Assembly: GCA_021155985.1 (NCBI GenBank)
Contig: JAJNBA010000002.1
Span: forward strand, 1,288 to 65,287
DNA: 64,000 nt
Direction of reading: 5' to 3'
Source: Actinomycetes bacterium
GTDB lineage: Bacteria > Actinomycetota > UBA4738 > HRBIN12
Below are positions 34,099-43,190 of this stretch, piece by piece. Numbering within the stretch: the first letter of the stretch is position 1; every line of letters starts with the position of its first letter. The notes below the pieces were generated by a model. That model saw nothing but the letters and a program-made list of their open reading frames with translations, was not told the origin of the DNA and did no database searches. The position numbers and the translations under genes were made by a program.

Positions 34099-36276
34099 AT
34101 GCCGGGCCACCCGCATTCCCGCGCCTCCGAGCGTCTTGATCCGCTCGCGTCCGGATCCCGGGTCCGAGAGCTCGTCGAGCAGCTCCCCGTGGTCGTCTAC
34201 GTGGACACCGACGACCAGCGTCCGTCGACGACCTACATCAGCCCCAACGTCGAGCAACTGCTGGGGTTCCCTCCGCAGCGGTTCTTGGAGGATCCGGGTC
34301 TCTGGATCCGCTGCATGCATCCGGACGACCGGGAGCGGATACAGTCGCTCCGCGACGAGGTCTGGTCGAGCGGGGCGCGGTATCGGTCGGAATACCGGAT
34401 GTTCCGCCGCGACGGCGAGGAAGTGTGGCTCCGAGACTCGAGCGTGCTCGTCCTCAGCGACGAGGGCCACCGTCTCGCGTGGCAGGGCGTGATCGAGGAC
34501 ATCACGACCGAGCGCCGAGCCGAGCAGGAGATCCGCGCATCGGAGGCTCGCTATCGAGCTCTCGTCGAGCGGGTGCCAGCGGTCGTGTACGAGATGGGCC
34601 CCGACGACGAACGCCGGACGCTGTTCGTGAGCCCACACGTCGAACAGGTTCTCGGCTATTCGCGCGAGGAATGGCTCGACCAGCCGGACATCTGGATCGA
34701 GCTCCTCCATGCGGACGACCGTGAGGTCGTCCTCGCGAAGCACGACCGCCACAACGAGACGGGTGAGCCGTGGGACCTGGAGTACCGGTTGATCGCGAGC
34801 GACGGCAGGGTCGTGTGGGTCCACGACCGCGCGAGCTTGATCCGCGGTCTCGAGCGCGGGGCGGCGTGGCACGGCGTGATGATCGACATCACCGCGGAAC
34901 ACGAGGCGACGGAGATGCTGCTCCTCCATAAGGAGGATCTGGAGCGGCGCGTCGCGGAGCGGACCAGCGAGCTGCGGGAAGCGAACGAGCTGATGGCGCT
35001 CGAGATCGGAGAGCGCCGGCGGATGGAAAGTGAGCTCCGCGACGTCGAGGAACGGTACCGCCGGCTGGTCGAGAACATGCCGGGCATCGCGTACGTCTGG
35101 GACGTCGCACCCGGCGCCGAGAGTCGGAGGTTCGGATACGTGAGTCCTCGGATCCAGGACATCCTCGGCTTCTCGCCGGACGAGTGGCACGCGTCGGCTC
35201 GCGTCCACCCGCACGACCAGGCGCGCGTCTCCGAGGCCGTCGATCGCAGCGTCCGGACCGGCGAGCCGTTCGTGATGGAGTATCGCTACCTCGCCAAGGA
35301 CGGCAAGGTGGTCTGGGTCCTCGACCATGCGTCTCTGATCGCGCGATCGGAGACCGGTGATCCAGCCTCCTTCCAAGGCGTGATGCTGGACGTCACGAGC
35401 CGGCTGGACGCCGAATCCAAGGCAGCGGCTGCAGAGGATCGGTACCGGGCGATCACCGAACGCGGCCCGGTCGTCGCGTACTCCTTCGAGCTCATCTACG
35501 CGGAGAACGGCGACCCGTCCGTCCAGGTGTCGTACGTCAGTCCGCAGGCGGCCGACCTGGTCCAGTACCCGATCGAACGCTGGATCAACGAGCCGGCCGT
35601 GTGGTTCGAGATGATCCATCCGGACGATCGCGACCGGGTGGCCCGATCGACGGCGAAGAATTGGCGAACCGGTGAGCCCTGGATGATCCGCTACCGCATG
35701 ATCCGCTCCGACGGAACGCTCATCTGGCTCCTCGATGCCGGCCGCCTCCTCGATCGGGACTCACAGGGGAGACCGTGGACCTTCCAAGGCATCCTCCTCG
35801 ACGTGACCACGGATGAAGAAACGAGAGCCCAGGTCGAGGCGACGGCGGGAGCGCAGCGCGAGGCGCTCGAGGGGGCGCTCGCGATCCCGTGGTCCGAGAC
35901 GATCCATCCCGAGACGGGGTTCGAGCGGTACACGTACATCGGGTCTCAGGTCTTCGACATCCTCGGCTACACGCCCGAGGAGCTCATGGACGAGCCGAAG
36001 CACTTCCCCCGGATGGTGCATCCGGACGATCGTCCCCGGGTCCATCAGTCGGTTCAGCGCTCCGATGAGACAGGCGTCTGGGACGACACGTATCGGATCC
36101 TGCGGCGCGACGGCGAGATCCGGTGGCTCCACTCGTTCGGGCGGCGCTCCTCGGCTCCGGGCGTGATCCCCGAGCTGTGGCACGGCGTCGCGATCGATGT
36201 GACCGCGTACCGAGCGGAAGCCGGAACGGACGAGGGGGTCGCGGCGGGCGACAGCGTGGTCGACCGAGCTCCGTAA
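34099..36276 (+). CDS. multi-PAS (about five tandem PAS/PAC) sensor protein without a recognisable output domain
   Basis: Five repeats of the pattern 'vY......r...YvSp.ve.llGy..eew......w....HPDDr..v........tGepw..eYR....dG..vWl.d......d..G.......Gv..DiT'. A coiled-coil linker sits between PAS2 and PAS3. No kinase, GGDEF or HTH domain is present. Confidence 0.85.
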   Translation: MPGHPHSRASERLDPLASGSRVRELVEQLPVVVYVDTDDQRPSTTYISPNVEQLLGFPPQRFLEDPGLWIRCMHPDDRERIQSLRDEVWSSGARYRSEYRMFRRDGEEVWLRDSSVLVLSDEGHRLAWQGVIEDITTERRAEQEIRASEARYRALVERVPAVVYEMGPDDERRTLFVSPHVEQVLGYSREEWLDQPDIWIELLHADDREVVLAKHDRHNETGEPWDLEYRLIASDGRVVWVHDRASLIRGLERGAAWHGVMIDITAEHEATEMLLLHKEDLERRVAERTSELREANELMALEIGERRRMESELRDVEERYRRLVENMPGIAYVWDVAPGAESRRFGYVSPRIQDILGFSPDEWHASARVHPHDQARVSEAVDRSVRTGEPFVMEYRYLAKDGKVVWVLDHASLIARSETGDPASFQGVMLDVTSRLDAESKAAAAEDRYRAITERGPVVAYSFELIYAENGDPSVQVSYVSPQAADLVQYPIERWINEPAVWFEMIHPDDRDRVARSTAKNWRTGEPWMIRYRMIRSDGTLIWLLDAGRLLDRDSQGRPWTFQGILLDVTTDEETRAQVEATAGAQREALEGALAIPWSETIHPETGFERYTYIGSQVFDILGYTPEELMDEPKHFPRMVHPDDRPRVHQSVQRSDETGVWDDTYRILRRDGEIRWLHSFGRRSSAPGVIPELWHGVAIDVTAYRAEAGTDEGVAAGDSVVDRAP

Positions 36277-36297
36277 GGGAGACCCTCAGGCCCGGGG

Positions 36298-37572
36298 TCA
36301 GGACCGAGGAGCCAGCACGCGTGCGCGCTCCGGCAGATATGGATGCAGCTTCGCGGGGATCTCCACGCTTCCATCGGGGCGCTGATGGTTCTCCATGATC
36401 GCGATCAAGGTGCGGCCGATCGCCGTAGCCGTGCCGTTCAAGGTGTGGAGGACCTCGAGCTCCCCGCCCGCCCGACGCAGCCGCGTCTGCATCCGGCGCG
36501 CCTGGTAGTCGGTGGTGTTCGAGCACGAGGTGAGCTCGCGGTAGCGCTGCTGCGCCGGCAGCCAGCCTTCGATGTCGTACTTCTTGGCCGCGGCCCCGCC
36601 GAGATCGCCCGCCGCGACGTTCACCACCCGGTAGGGGATCTCGAGGTTCCCGAGGATCTCCTCCTCGATCGCGAGGATGCGCTCGTGCTCGTCCCACGAC
36701 GTCTCGGGCGTGCAGAACGCGAACATCTCGACTTTGTCGAACTGGTGCAGGCGGAACATGCCCCCCAGGTCCTTGCCGTACGAACCTGCTTCGCGGCGGA
36801 AGCAGGTCGAGTAGCCCGCGTAGCGGATCGGGAGGTCGTCCTCATCGAGGATCTCGCCGAGGTGGAACGCCGCCAGGGGCACCTCCGACGTGCCCGCGAG
36901 GTAGAGCTCGTCGTCGCGGGTCACGTAGATGTTCACGGCGTCCGTCGGCAGGAACCCGGTGCCGTACATCGCCTCCTCGCGGACGAGGACCGGCGGGATC
37001 ATCGGCGAGAATCCCTTCTCGACGACGACGTCCATCGCGTGGCGCATCAGGGCGAACTGCACGAAGACGAGATCTCCCCTCAGGTAGACGAAACGGGATC
37101 CGGACGTCCGCGCACCACGCTCGGTCTCGAGCATGCCGAGCATCGCGCCGAGCTCCGCGTGATCGCGAGGCTCGAACCCGAGGACCGGTGGTTCCTCGTG
37201 GTTGCGACTGACCTCGACGGCGTCCTCGTCCGTGAACCCGTCGGGGGCGCTCTCGTGCGGGACGTTGGGGATCTCCGCCAGGAGGGAGCGGAGGTCCTCC
37301 TCGGCTTTGGCGAGCTCCGGGTCCAGCTCCTTGAGCTCGCCGGAGACCTTCGCGACCTCGTCGATCAGCTGCTGCTTCTCGCCACCCTGCGCGGCGCCGA
37401 TCGCTTTCGACGCGCGGTTCTGCGCCGCTCGCAGCTCTTCGACTCGGGAGGTGACCGATCGGCGCCGCTCGTCAGCCTCGAGCAGCCGGTCCACGGCATC
37501 ACCGAGGTTCCGCCTCGCGAGGGCGGCCCGGAACGGATCGGGATCCTCCCTGATCCGTCTGATGTCGAGCAA
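36298..37572 (-). CDS. serS: seryl-tRNA synthetase
   Basis: TTG start immediately after the bactofilin TAG. (M)LDIRRIREDPD...TSEVPLAA...FRREAGSYGKD..G..R.HQF.KVE....NGTA.A..R. Confidence 0.93.
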   Translation of the reverse strand: MLDIRRIREDPDPFRAALARRNLGDAVDRLLEADERRRSVTSRVEELRAAQNRASKAIGAAQGGEKQQLIDEVAKVSGELKELDPELAKAEEDLRSLLAEIPNVPHESAPDGFTDEDAVEVSRNHEEPPVLGFEPRDHAELGAMLGMLETERGARTSGSRFVYLRGDLVFVQFALMRHAMDVVVEKGFSPMIPPVLVREEAMYGTGFLPTDAVNIYVTRDDELYLAGTSEVPLAAFHLGEILDEDDLPIRYAGYSTCFRREAGSYGKDLGGMFRLHQFDKVEMFAFCTPETSWDEHERILAIEEEILGNLEIPYRVVNVAAGDLGGAAAKKYDIEGWLPAQQRYRELTSCSNTTDYQARRMQTRLRRAGGELEVLHTLNGTATAIGRTLIAIMENHQRPDGSVEIPAKLHPYLPERARVLAPRS

Positions 37573-38001
37573 CTACGGGACCTTCACTTCCGGTTCGTCC
37601 CGCTTCTCCTCTGCGTTCCCTGGCGCCTTCGCCGGCGTGGCACCCTGCGAACGAGCGGCCTCGGTGGGAGCCGAGCCGTCCATGATGCTCTGCCCGTGGA
37701 ACACGCCGCCCTCCTCGACCACGAGCGTCTTGGAGGTGATGTTGCCGTCGATGCGGCCTCCACGGGCGAGGTGAGCCTTGCCGTTCACCTGGATGGAGCC
37801 CTTGAATCGCCCGGCGATGCTGACGTTCTGTGCGCGTATGTCCGCCTCGACCTGACTCTGCGGAGACAGCGCCACATCGCCCTCCGCGTTGATCTGTCCC
37901 TTCACCTGCCCGTCGATCCTCAGGTTCCCGGCCGACACGACGTTGCCCTCCAGCCTCGCTCCTGCGCCGACGATCGTGACCTCTCCGTTCTCTGCAGCCA
38001 T
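37573..38001 (-). CDS. bactofilin (polymer-forming cytoskeletal protein)
   Basis: ATG 38001 after GGAGG. TIVGAGARLEGNVVSAGNLRIDGQVKGQINAEGDVALSPQSQVEADIRAQNVSIAGRFKGSIQVNGKAHL... is a beta-helix repeat pattern. Confidence 0.85.
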   Translation of the reverse strand: MAAENGEVTIVGAGARLEGNVVSAGNLRIDGQVKGQINAEGDVALSPQSQVEADIRAQNVSIAGRFKGSIQVNGKAHLARGGRIDGNITSKTLVVEEGGVFHGQSIMDGSAPTEAARSQGATPAKAPGNAEEKRDEPEVKVP

Positions 38002-38072
38002 GCCTGCCTCCGTTCCATCGTGGCCCCGACCGCCGCGGGGGCCCGGACCGTCCACGTCGTCCCGTCGCCGGA

Positions 38073-38594
38073 TCATCCGGTCTCGACGGTGGCTTGCCGT
38101 CCCCCCATCGCACGCCGGATCGCTTCTTCCTCCTCCAGGGACAGATTGTGCGAGCTCGTGCCCCGGGTGACCTGCTTCGCGTAGACACGCGTCTCCTGCC
38201 GTCCGTTGATCGACGTCAGGACGACGCCATCACCGTGATCGTCGAGCAGCGCGCAGGAGAACGAGAGGCGGCCGCCGACGTCCTCGAACGCGTCGTAGCG
38301 GAGCAGGGCCACGTTCCGCACGGACCCCTCGATCTCCGCCTGCTGCTTCTTGCCGGTGCCGTGGAGCGCGCGGATCGCCCGTTCGAGACGCTGCATCTGC
38401 TCCCCGTGCCCCTGGAGGATGCCGCGGAGCGTCTCATCGAGTCGGACGCGTCCGCCGACGGAACCCCCGGCCTTCCCCGCGTTCGCGATCGAGTACAGCA
38501 CCGCCACGATGGCGAGCCCGATGGCCACGAGCGCGACCAGCGTCAGGGTGGAGGGCGAGAACACCAGGGCGGCCATGGATGGAGAGAGCGTCAT
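38073..38594 (-). CDS. DUF4446 family protein
   Basis: N-terminal TM, then ...VRNVALLRYDAFEDVGGRLSFSCALLDDHGDGVVLTSINGRQETRVYAK, which is characteristic of DUF4446. 4-nt overlap with the bactofilin gene. Confidence 0.8.
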   Translation of the reverse strand: MTLSPSMAALVFSPSTLTLVALVAIGLAIVAVLYSIANAGKAGGSVGGRVRLDETLRGILQGHGEQMQRLERAIRALHGTGKKQQAEIEGSVRNVALLRYDAFEDVGGRLSFSCALLDDHGDGVVLTSINGRQETRVYAKQVTRGTSSHNLSLEEEEAIRRAMGGRQATVETG

Positions 38595-38657
38595 CTACGT
38601 GGGGTTTCGCGGGAAGCCCGAGTATACGCCGCTCCGTCGAGCGGTCCGACGAGACGG

Positions 38658-40109
38658 TCAGTGACCGAACCCGAAGAAGCCTTCCGTGTCGATCCCGTGC
38701 CACGGTGGAGCCTCGACGGCCCGCGATCCCGGCCGTCCGCGGAGGATCACCTCACGCAGCTCGACGTCGTTCGTCGGATCTCCGTCGAAGAGCCGACCCC
38801 CGGGATTGGCACGCACCTCGATCCAGTAGGTCCCGTTCGGTAGGTCCGTGATATCGAACGACTGCCCCGGCACCCCTTGGAAGTACGTGTCGCCCCATCC
38901 CGTCGGGAGGATCTCCCGGATCCAGGTGGAGGTGGCGGAGCCGCACTGACTGAAGCCCATGTGCTCCGGACGCCAGACCGCGCCGTCGACCGTGAGGTCG
39001 ATCGGATCCGTGGGTGCCAGACAGAACGCTTGCTTCCTGCTTCGGATCGCAACGGCCTCGGCGTCGAGGAGACGATAGCGAGCGAACTGTGTGAAGTGCC
39101 AATGCCGATGCCGGTCTCGATGATCGAAATGGAAGGAGCCGACGGGCGCTTGCCCGACGATGACGCCGTCCTCGGCGAAGTACTGGTACGCATCCATCCG
39201 ATCCTCGTCCGGGGCGCGGAAGCCCTCCACCACGAGCGAAGCCGGTCCCTGATTCCACACGTCGGCGCCGAACTGGAGGTAGTCGCGACCACGCTCATGG
39301 CTCGTGCCGATGCCGTAAGCGGGAAGGGCCACGAGGTCGGGCACCGTCGCGGGGCCCGGTGCCGCCGTGACCGGCGCCGGCGTCAGGGCTCGCCGGAACG
39401 CGGTCCCCACAGGCGCGGCGGGAGCGCCGCAGAAATCGCAGCCGGACCGTGTGCGGATGCGGATCGCGATCCGCACGGCGGCATCTTCCGGGGCGACACC
39501 GAAGAGCGTCCGGTAGCGGGACGCGATGGACACCTTCGCGATGTACCGACCGTTCGGCAGGCGGACGCGCGCGTTCCAGAGCAGCGGCTGGGAGCTCCAC
39601 CCCTCGTCGATCCCCCAGACCGCTCCGAGCGTCAGCGGGTTGAACCCGCATCCGGTGGGATAGGTGGGGTCGAACGGGCCGGAGCCATCGACCCGATCCG
39701 TCTGATAGCCGCCCGGGCAGGCATCGGGCAGGAGGCTCCGGACGAGGGTGCGGTCCTGGTAGAGATCGATGCGGAGGAACCGGTCCAGACCGATCCAGTC
39801 CTCGAGGATGTCGGACGGCAGCTCCGTGAGCTGGACGCCGCCGGGCCGGTGGAACGCCTGCCAGACGCGGATCGGGTCGTCGTAGGAATCGCGTCGCACC
39901 TGGAGCTCGAACGGTGCGTCGAGGGCCGCGATCGAGACGCCGAGGTCGAGCCAGACCGGTCCGGGGCCGTACCGCGGGATCTCCAGGCGGGATGCGGCGG
40001 CGCGCAGCTCCAAACGAGGGGTACCGGCCGGGGCCGCGGGAGCCGGAGGAGCGCTCAACAGGAGGAAGAGTCCCACGAGACCGAGCACGACCGGAGACCG
40101 GCGGCGCAT
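38658..40109 (-). CDS. secreted lysyl-oxidase-like (LOX family) copper amine oxidase domain protein
   Basis: Start ATG 40109; the track ORF start would run across tRNA-Leu. Signal peptide MRRRSPVVLGLVGLFLLLSAPPAPAAPA. The C-terminal domain aligns by eye to the LOX catalytic domain: HRHWH (HxHxH), RKQAFCL (LTQ Lys), GWGDTY (LTQ Tyr), GQSFDITDLPNGTYWIEVRANP. Confidence 0.75.
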   Translation of the reverse strand: MRRRSPVVLGLVGLFLLLSAPPAPAAPAGTPRLELRAAASRLEIPRYGPGPVWLDLGVSIAALDAPFELQVRRDSYDDPIRVWQAFHRPGGVQLTELPSDILEDWIGLDRFLRIDLYQDRTLVRSLLPDACPGGYQTDRVDGSGPFDPTYPTGCGFNPLTLGAVWGIDEGWSSQPLLWNARVRLPNGRYIAKVSIASRYRTLFGVAPEDAAVRIAIRIRTRSGCDFCGAPAAPVGTAFRRALTPAPVTAAPGPATVPDLVALPAYGIGTSHERGRDYLQFGADVWNQGPASLVVEGFRAPDEDRMDAYQYFAEDGVIVGQAPVGSFHFDHRDRHRHWHFTQFARYRLLDAEAVAIRSRKQAFCLAPTDPIDLTVDGAVWRPEHMGFSQCGSATSTWIREILPTGWGDTYFQGVPGQSFDITDLPNGTYWIEVRANPGGRLFDGDPTNDVELREVILRGRPGSRAVEAPPWHGIDTEGFFGFGH

Positions 40110-40204
40110 GACCTGCTGACACCCCCTCGCCCGCGGCCGACCGCGAGACGGGTTGGACGTTACTGTCCGCCCCCCGGTTCCGCCAGAGGGAAACTCCGAG
40201 AGAG

Positions 40205-40291
40205 CTGGTGGGCGAGGGGGGAGTTGAACCCCCACCCGGGTTACCGGACACGGACCTGAACCGTGCGCGTCTGCCAATTCCGCCACTCGCC
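40205..40291 (-). tRNA. tRNA-Leu (anticodon CAG), CCA encoded
   Basis: 87 nt. Acceptor GGGCGAG/CTCGCCC, anticodon arm CACGG-TTCAGGT-CCGTG, long variable arm, T-arm GGGGGTTCAACTCCCCC, 3' ACCA. Confidence 0.9.
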
Positions 40292-40377
40292 CGAGCGTCC
40301 GGCCATCGTAGCAGTGGCCCTCGGGCGGCCGGCCGTAGGCCGGCTGGCCGAGGGCACGGGCGGACCTGGGACCAAAC

Positions 40378-40785
40378 GTGATCGCGACCGTCGACCTATC
40401 CAGTTCTCGACGGTTCCGCGTCGATACCTCTTCCGGGATGAGCACCAAGGCGGGTGTCGACTTCGACGGATTGATGCGCCACCTGATGGTGGTCGGGTTC
40501 GTGGCTCTGACCGCGTGGGTGGCCGCATCCGCGACCGGCATGGCGCTCGGCATCTTGCAGATCTCTCCGAGCGCGACCCTCCGGTTCCTCCTGGCGGTCC
40601 TCGTCCTCGTCTTCGCGCGCCGGACCTACTGGGAGATCCAGGAATGGCGCTGGCGGCGCCTTCCGCCGGACGAGCGGTACGGATTCGCGAGCCCGATCTG
40701 GGAGCACCCGCGCTCGGCGGAGCTTGAGGCGAGCCGGATCGGAGCCGACGGAGGCTCCGAAGGGGAACCGGAACCCCGGCGGTAG
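40378..40785 (+). CDS. small membrane protein (hypothetical; start uncertain)
   Basis: Two hydrophobic helices (LMVVGFVALTAWVAASATGMALGIL and LRFLLAVLVLVFA). I recognise no family. Internal ATGs could also serve as the start. Confidence 0.4.
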   Translation: MIATVDLSSSRRFRVDTSSGMSTKAGVDFDGLMRHLMVVGFVALTAWVAASATGMALGILQISPSATLRFLLAVLVLVFARRTYWEIQEWRWRRLPPDERYGFASPIWEHPRSAELEASRIGADGGSEGEPEPRR

Positions 40786-40830
40786 GATAGGCGCGGAGCG
40801 CGTCCACCCCACGCGCTCACCGGAAACATC

Positions 40831-41514
40831 GTGCCGATCCTCCGCGACTTCGAACGACGCCTCGGTGGACTCGTCGAAGGCCTGTTCTCCAAGGCCTTCC
40901 GCAGCGGCGTGCAACCCGTCGAGATCGCGAAGCTGATCATGCGGGAGATGGAGGCCGGCCGCAGCGTCGGGGTCTCGGAGGTCTGGGCGCCGAACCACTT
41001 CGAGCTCTCCCTGTCCCCGGAGGACGCGACACGCTACGAGCAGGCCGAGGACGCGATCGCCTCCGAGCTGCGCCGGGTCGTCCGCGAGTCGGCCGCCGAG
41101 CACGGCTGGGGACTCGTCGGGCCGCCCGAAGTGTCCTTCCTGGTGGACGAGAAGCTGAAGCGCGGCGACCTGACGTGCGTGGCGGCGCTGGTGGAGGGCG
41201 AGGACGGAGCCGGTCCCGGGGGCGGGCATGCATCCGTGGTGGTCCGCGAGGACGGCGTTGCCGAGCGGATGATCGCGCTCTCGTCCGAGAGCGTGACGAT
41301 CGGAAGGCTCGCCGATTGCGACGTCGTGCTCAAGGACAAGGGCGCGTCACGCAAGCACGCCCAGTTGAAGCGGCGCGACGGCACGTGGACGCTCACCGAC
41401 CTGGGATCGACGAACGGGACGCGCCTGAACGGCCAGACGGTGCAGTCCCGCGAGCTCGCCGACGGCGACACGATCACGATCGGCACGACCGTGATCGAGT
41501 TCCGGAGGGACTGA
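40831..41514 (+). CDS. fhaA: FHA-domain protein FhaA (DUF3662 N-terminal domain plus C-terminal FHA)
   Basis: (V)PILRDFERRLGGLVEGLFSKAFRSGVQPVEIAKLIMREME.... FHA: VTIGRLADCDVVLKDKGASRKHAQLKRRDGTWTLTDLGSTNGTRLNG. Confidence 0.88.
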   Translation: MPILRDFERRLGGLVEGLFSKAFRSGVQPVEIAKLIMREMEAGRSVGVSEVWAPNHFELSLSPEDATRYEQAEDAIASELRRVVRESAAEHGWGLVGPPEVSFLVDEKLKRGDLTCVAALVEGEDGAGPGGGHASVVVREDGVAERMIALSSESVTIGRLADCDVVLKDKGASRKHAQLKRRDGTWTLTDLGSTNGTRLNGQTVQSRELADGDTITIGTTVIEFRRD

Positions 41515-41515
41515 C

Positions 41516-42007
41516 GTGTCATCCGCCGTCGGCATGCTGGCCGATACGATCACGCCGTTCGCGTTGTCGGCGCTGAAGTACGGGCTGTTCGCGCTCCTGT
41601 TCCTGTTCATCTGGCGCTCGATGCGCTGGGTCGTGCGCGGCTTGTCGGTCGCGGAGGCCGCGCCCGCCGCGGACCGAGGTGGACGGGCACGCGAGCCGGG
41701 ACCCACCCTGCCGCCGGGATCGTCGACCCTGCTGGTGAAGGGCCAGTCCGACGCGAAGCCACGCACGGTACGGCTCTCCGCCAGCATGACGATCGGTCGC
41801 GCCCCGGAGTGCGAGCTTCGCGTCGAGGACACCTACGCGTCCCAGCAGCACGCCCGGCTCTTCGCGAAGAACAACTCGTGGTTCGTGGAGGATCTCGGGT
41901 CCACGAACGGAACCTTCGTGAACGACCAGAAGCTGGCCGCGCCGGCGATGTTGCAGCCCGGCGACAAGGTGCGCGTTGGCCAGACGATCATGGAGCTGCG
42001 CCGATGA
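41516..42007 (+). CDS. fhaB: membrane-anchored FHA-domain protein FhaB/FipA
   Basis: N-terminal TM LKYGLFALLFLFIW. FHA: MTIGRAPECELRVEDTYASQQHARLFAKNNSWFVEDLGSTNGTFVN. Confidence 0.85.
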   Translation: MSSAVGMLADTITPFALSALKYGLFALLFLFIWRSMRWVVRGLSVAEAAPAADRGGRAREPGPTLPPGSSTLLVKGQSDAKPRTVRLSASMTIGRAPECELRVEDTYASQQHARLFAKNNSWFVEDLGSTNGTFVNDQKLAAPAMLQPGDKVRVGQTIMELRR

Positions 42008-42068
42008 GTCGCGTGTGCCATCCATCGCGGTGCCTGGCCTCCGTCGGCACCGGGAACGAGCCGCCGCC

Positions 42069-43190
42069 ATGAGGATCGAGGTCGGGTCCGCGTCGGACAT
42101 CGGCCGTGTCCGCGAGAAGAACGAAGACTCGATCCTGGTCCACCCTCCCCTGTACATCGTGGCCGACGGTATGGGCGGGCACCGTGGCGGAGACATCGCC
42201 TCCCAGCTCGCGCTCGAGACGATCGAGGCGCTCTCAGCCGACGGGAAGGGCACGCTGCCGGATCAGGTCCGGAGCGCGAACCGCGCGGTGTGGGACCGCT
42301 CGCTCGAGGACGAGCGTCTCTCCGGCATGGGCACGACGCTCACGGGGGCGCTGATCGACGGCGCGAGCGCCTCGATCGTCCATGTCGGCGACTCACGCGC
42401 CTATCTCCTCCGCGAGGGGAAGCTCCGTCAGCTCACGACCGACCACACGCTCGTGGAACGGATGGTGAAGTCCGGCGAGATCACCGAGGCGGAGGCGGAC
42501 GTGCACCCGCACAAGAACGTCCTGACGCGCGCGCTGGGGACCGACCAGGACGTCGAGGTCGACGACGACACGGTCGCGTTACTCGACGGCGATCAACTGC
42601 TGCTGTGCAGCGACGGGCTCACGGGGATGGTGACCGAGGACCAGATCCAGGCGATCCTGGAGAACAGCGAGCAGCCACAGCAGGCAGCGCACCGGCTCGT
42701 GAAAGCGGCGAACCGGGCCGGCGGGATCGACAACATCTCGGTCGTCGTGCTGGCGGCGGTCGGGGAAGGCGACGAGGCTGCCGCTCGGCCCGGCCGACGG
42801 GTCGTCGCACCCTCGCCCAGCACGGTTCGGCGCTGGGCGCTCCGCGCCGGCCTCACCGTGCTGATCGCACTGGTGGTGCTCTTCGGCATCCGATGGTGGG
42901 CGGATCGGCAGTGGTACGTCGCCCCGTCCGGCGGGAGCGTCGCGGTCTTCCAGGGGATCCCCCTCACGGTCCTCGGCTACGACCTCGGTCACGCCGTCGA
43001 GGTCCACGAGGATGTCCGAGCTGACGAGGTCCGGCAGCTCGGGACCTATGAGGGGTTCGACGACGGGATCCCGGTGGTGGACCGCGCCGACGGCGCGGAG
43101 TTGATCGCATCGATGGCGCAGGGCGTCCGGGAGGCTCAGCGGGTCGAGCGCGAGGCGCAACAGGATCAGGGCGAAGGCGGGACCCCGTGA
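42069..43190 (+). CDS. pstP: PP2C-family Ser/Thr phosphatase with a C-terminal TM/extracellular segment
   Basis: I chose the ATG at 42069. MRIEVGSASDIGRVREKNEDS...VADGMGGHRGG...GTTLTG...VGDSRAYL...LLLCSDGL...NRAGGIDNISVVV. Confidence 0.9.
   Translation: MRIEVGSASDIGRVREKNEDSILVHPPLYIVADGMGGHRGGDIASQLALETIEALSADGKGTLPDQVRSANRAVWDRSLEDERLSGMGTTLTGALIDGASASIVHVGDSRAYLLREGKLRQLTTDHTLVERMVKSGEITEAEADVHPHKNVLTRALGTDQDVEVDDDTVALLDGDQLLLCSDGLTGMVTEDQIQAILENSEQPQQAAHRLVKAANRAGGIDNISVVVLAAVGEGDEAAARPGRRVVAPSPSTVRRWALRAGLTVLIALVVLFGIRWWADRQWYVAPSGGSVAVFQGIPLTVLGYDLGHAVEVHEDVRADEVRQLGTYEGFDDGIPVVDRADGAELIASMAQGVREAQRVEREAQQDQGEGGTP

Noticed and set aside
36343-38184. 613-aa + strand ORF opposite serS and the bactofilin gene; also 33793..35619 (- strand) opposite the PAS gene, apart from its last 78 codons.
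   Set aside because: Antisense to well-supported genes. Only the terminal 2-TM segment (33793..34029), which lies outside the PAS gene, was kept as a possible real small ORF.
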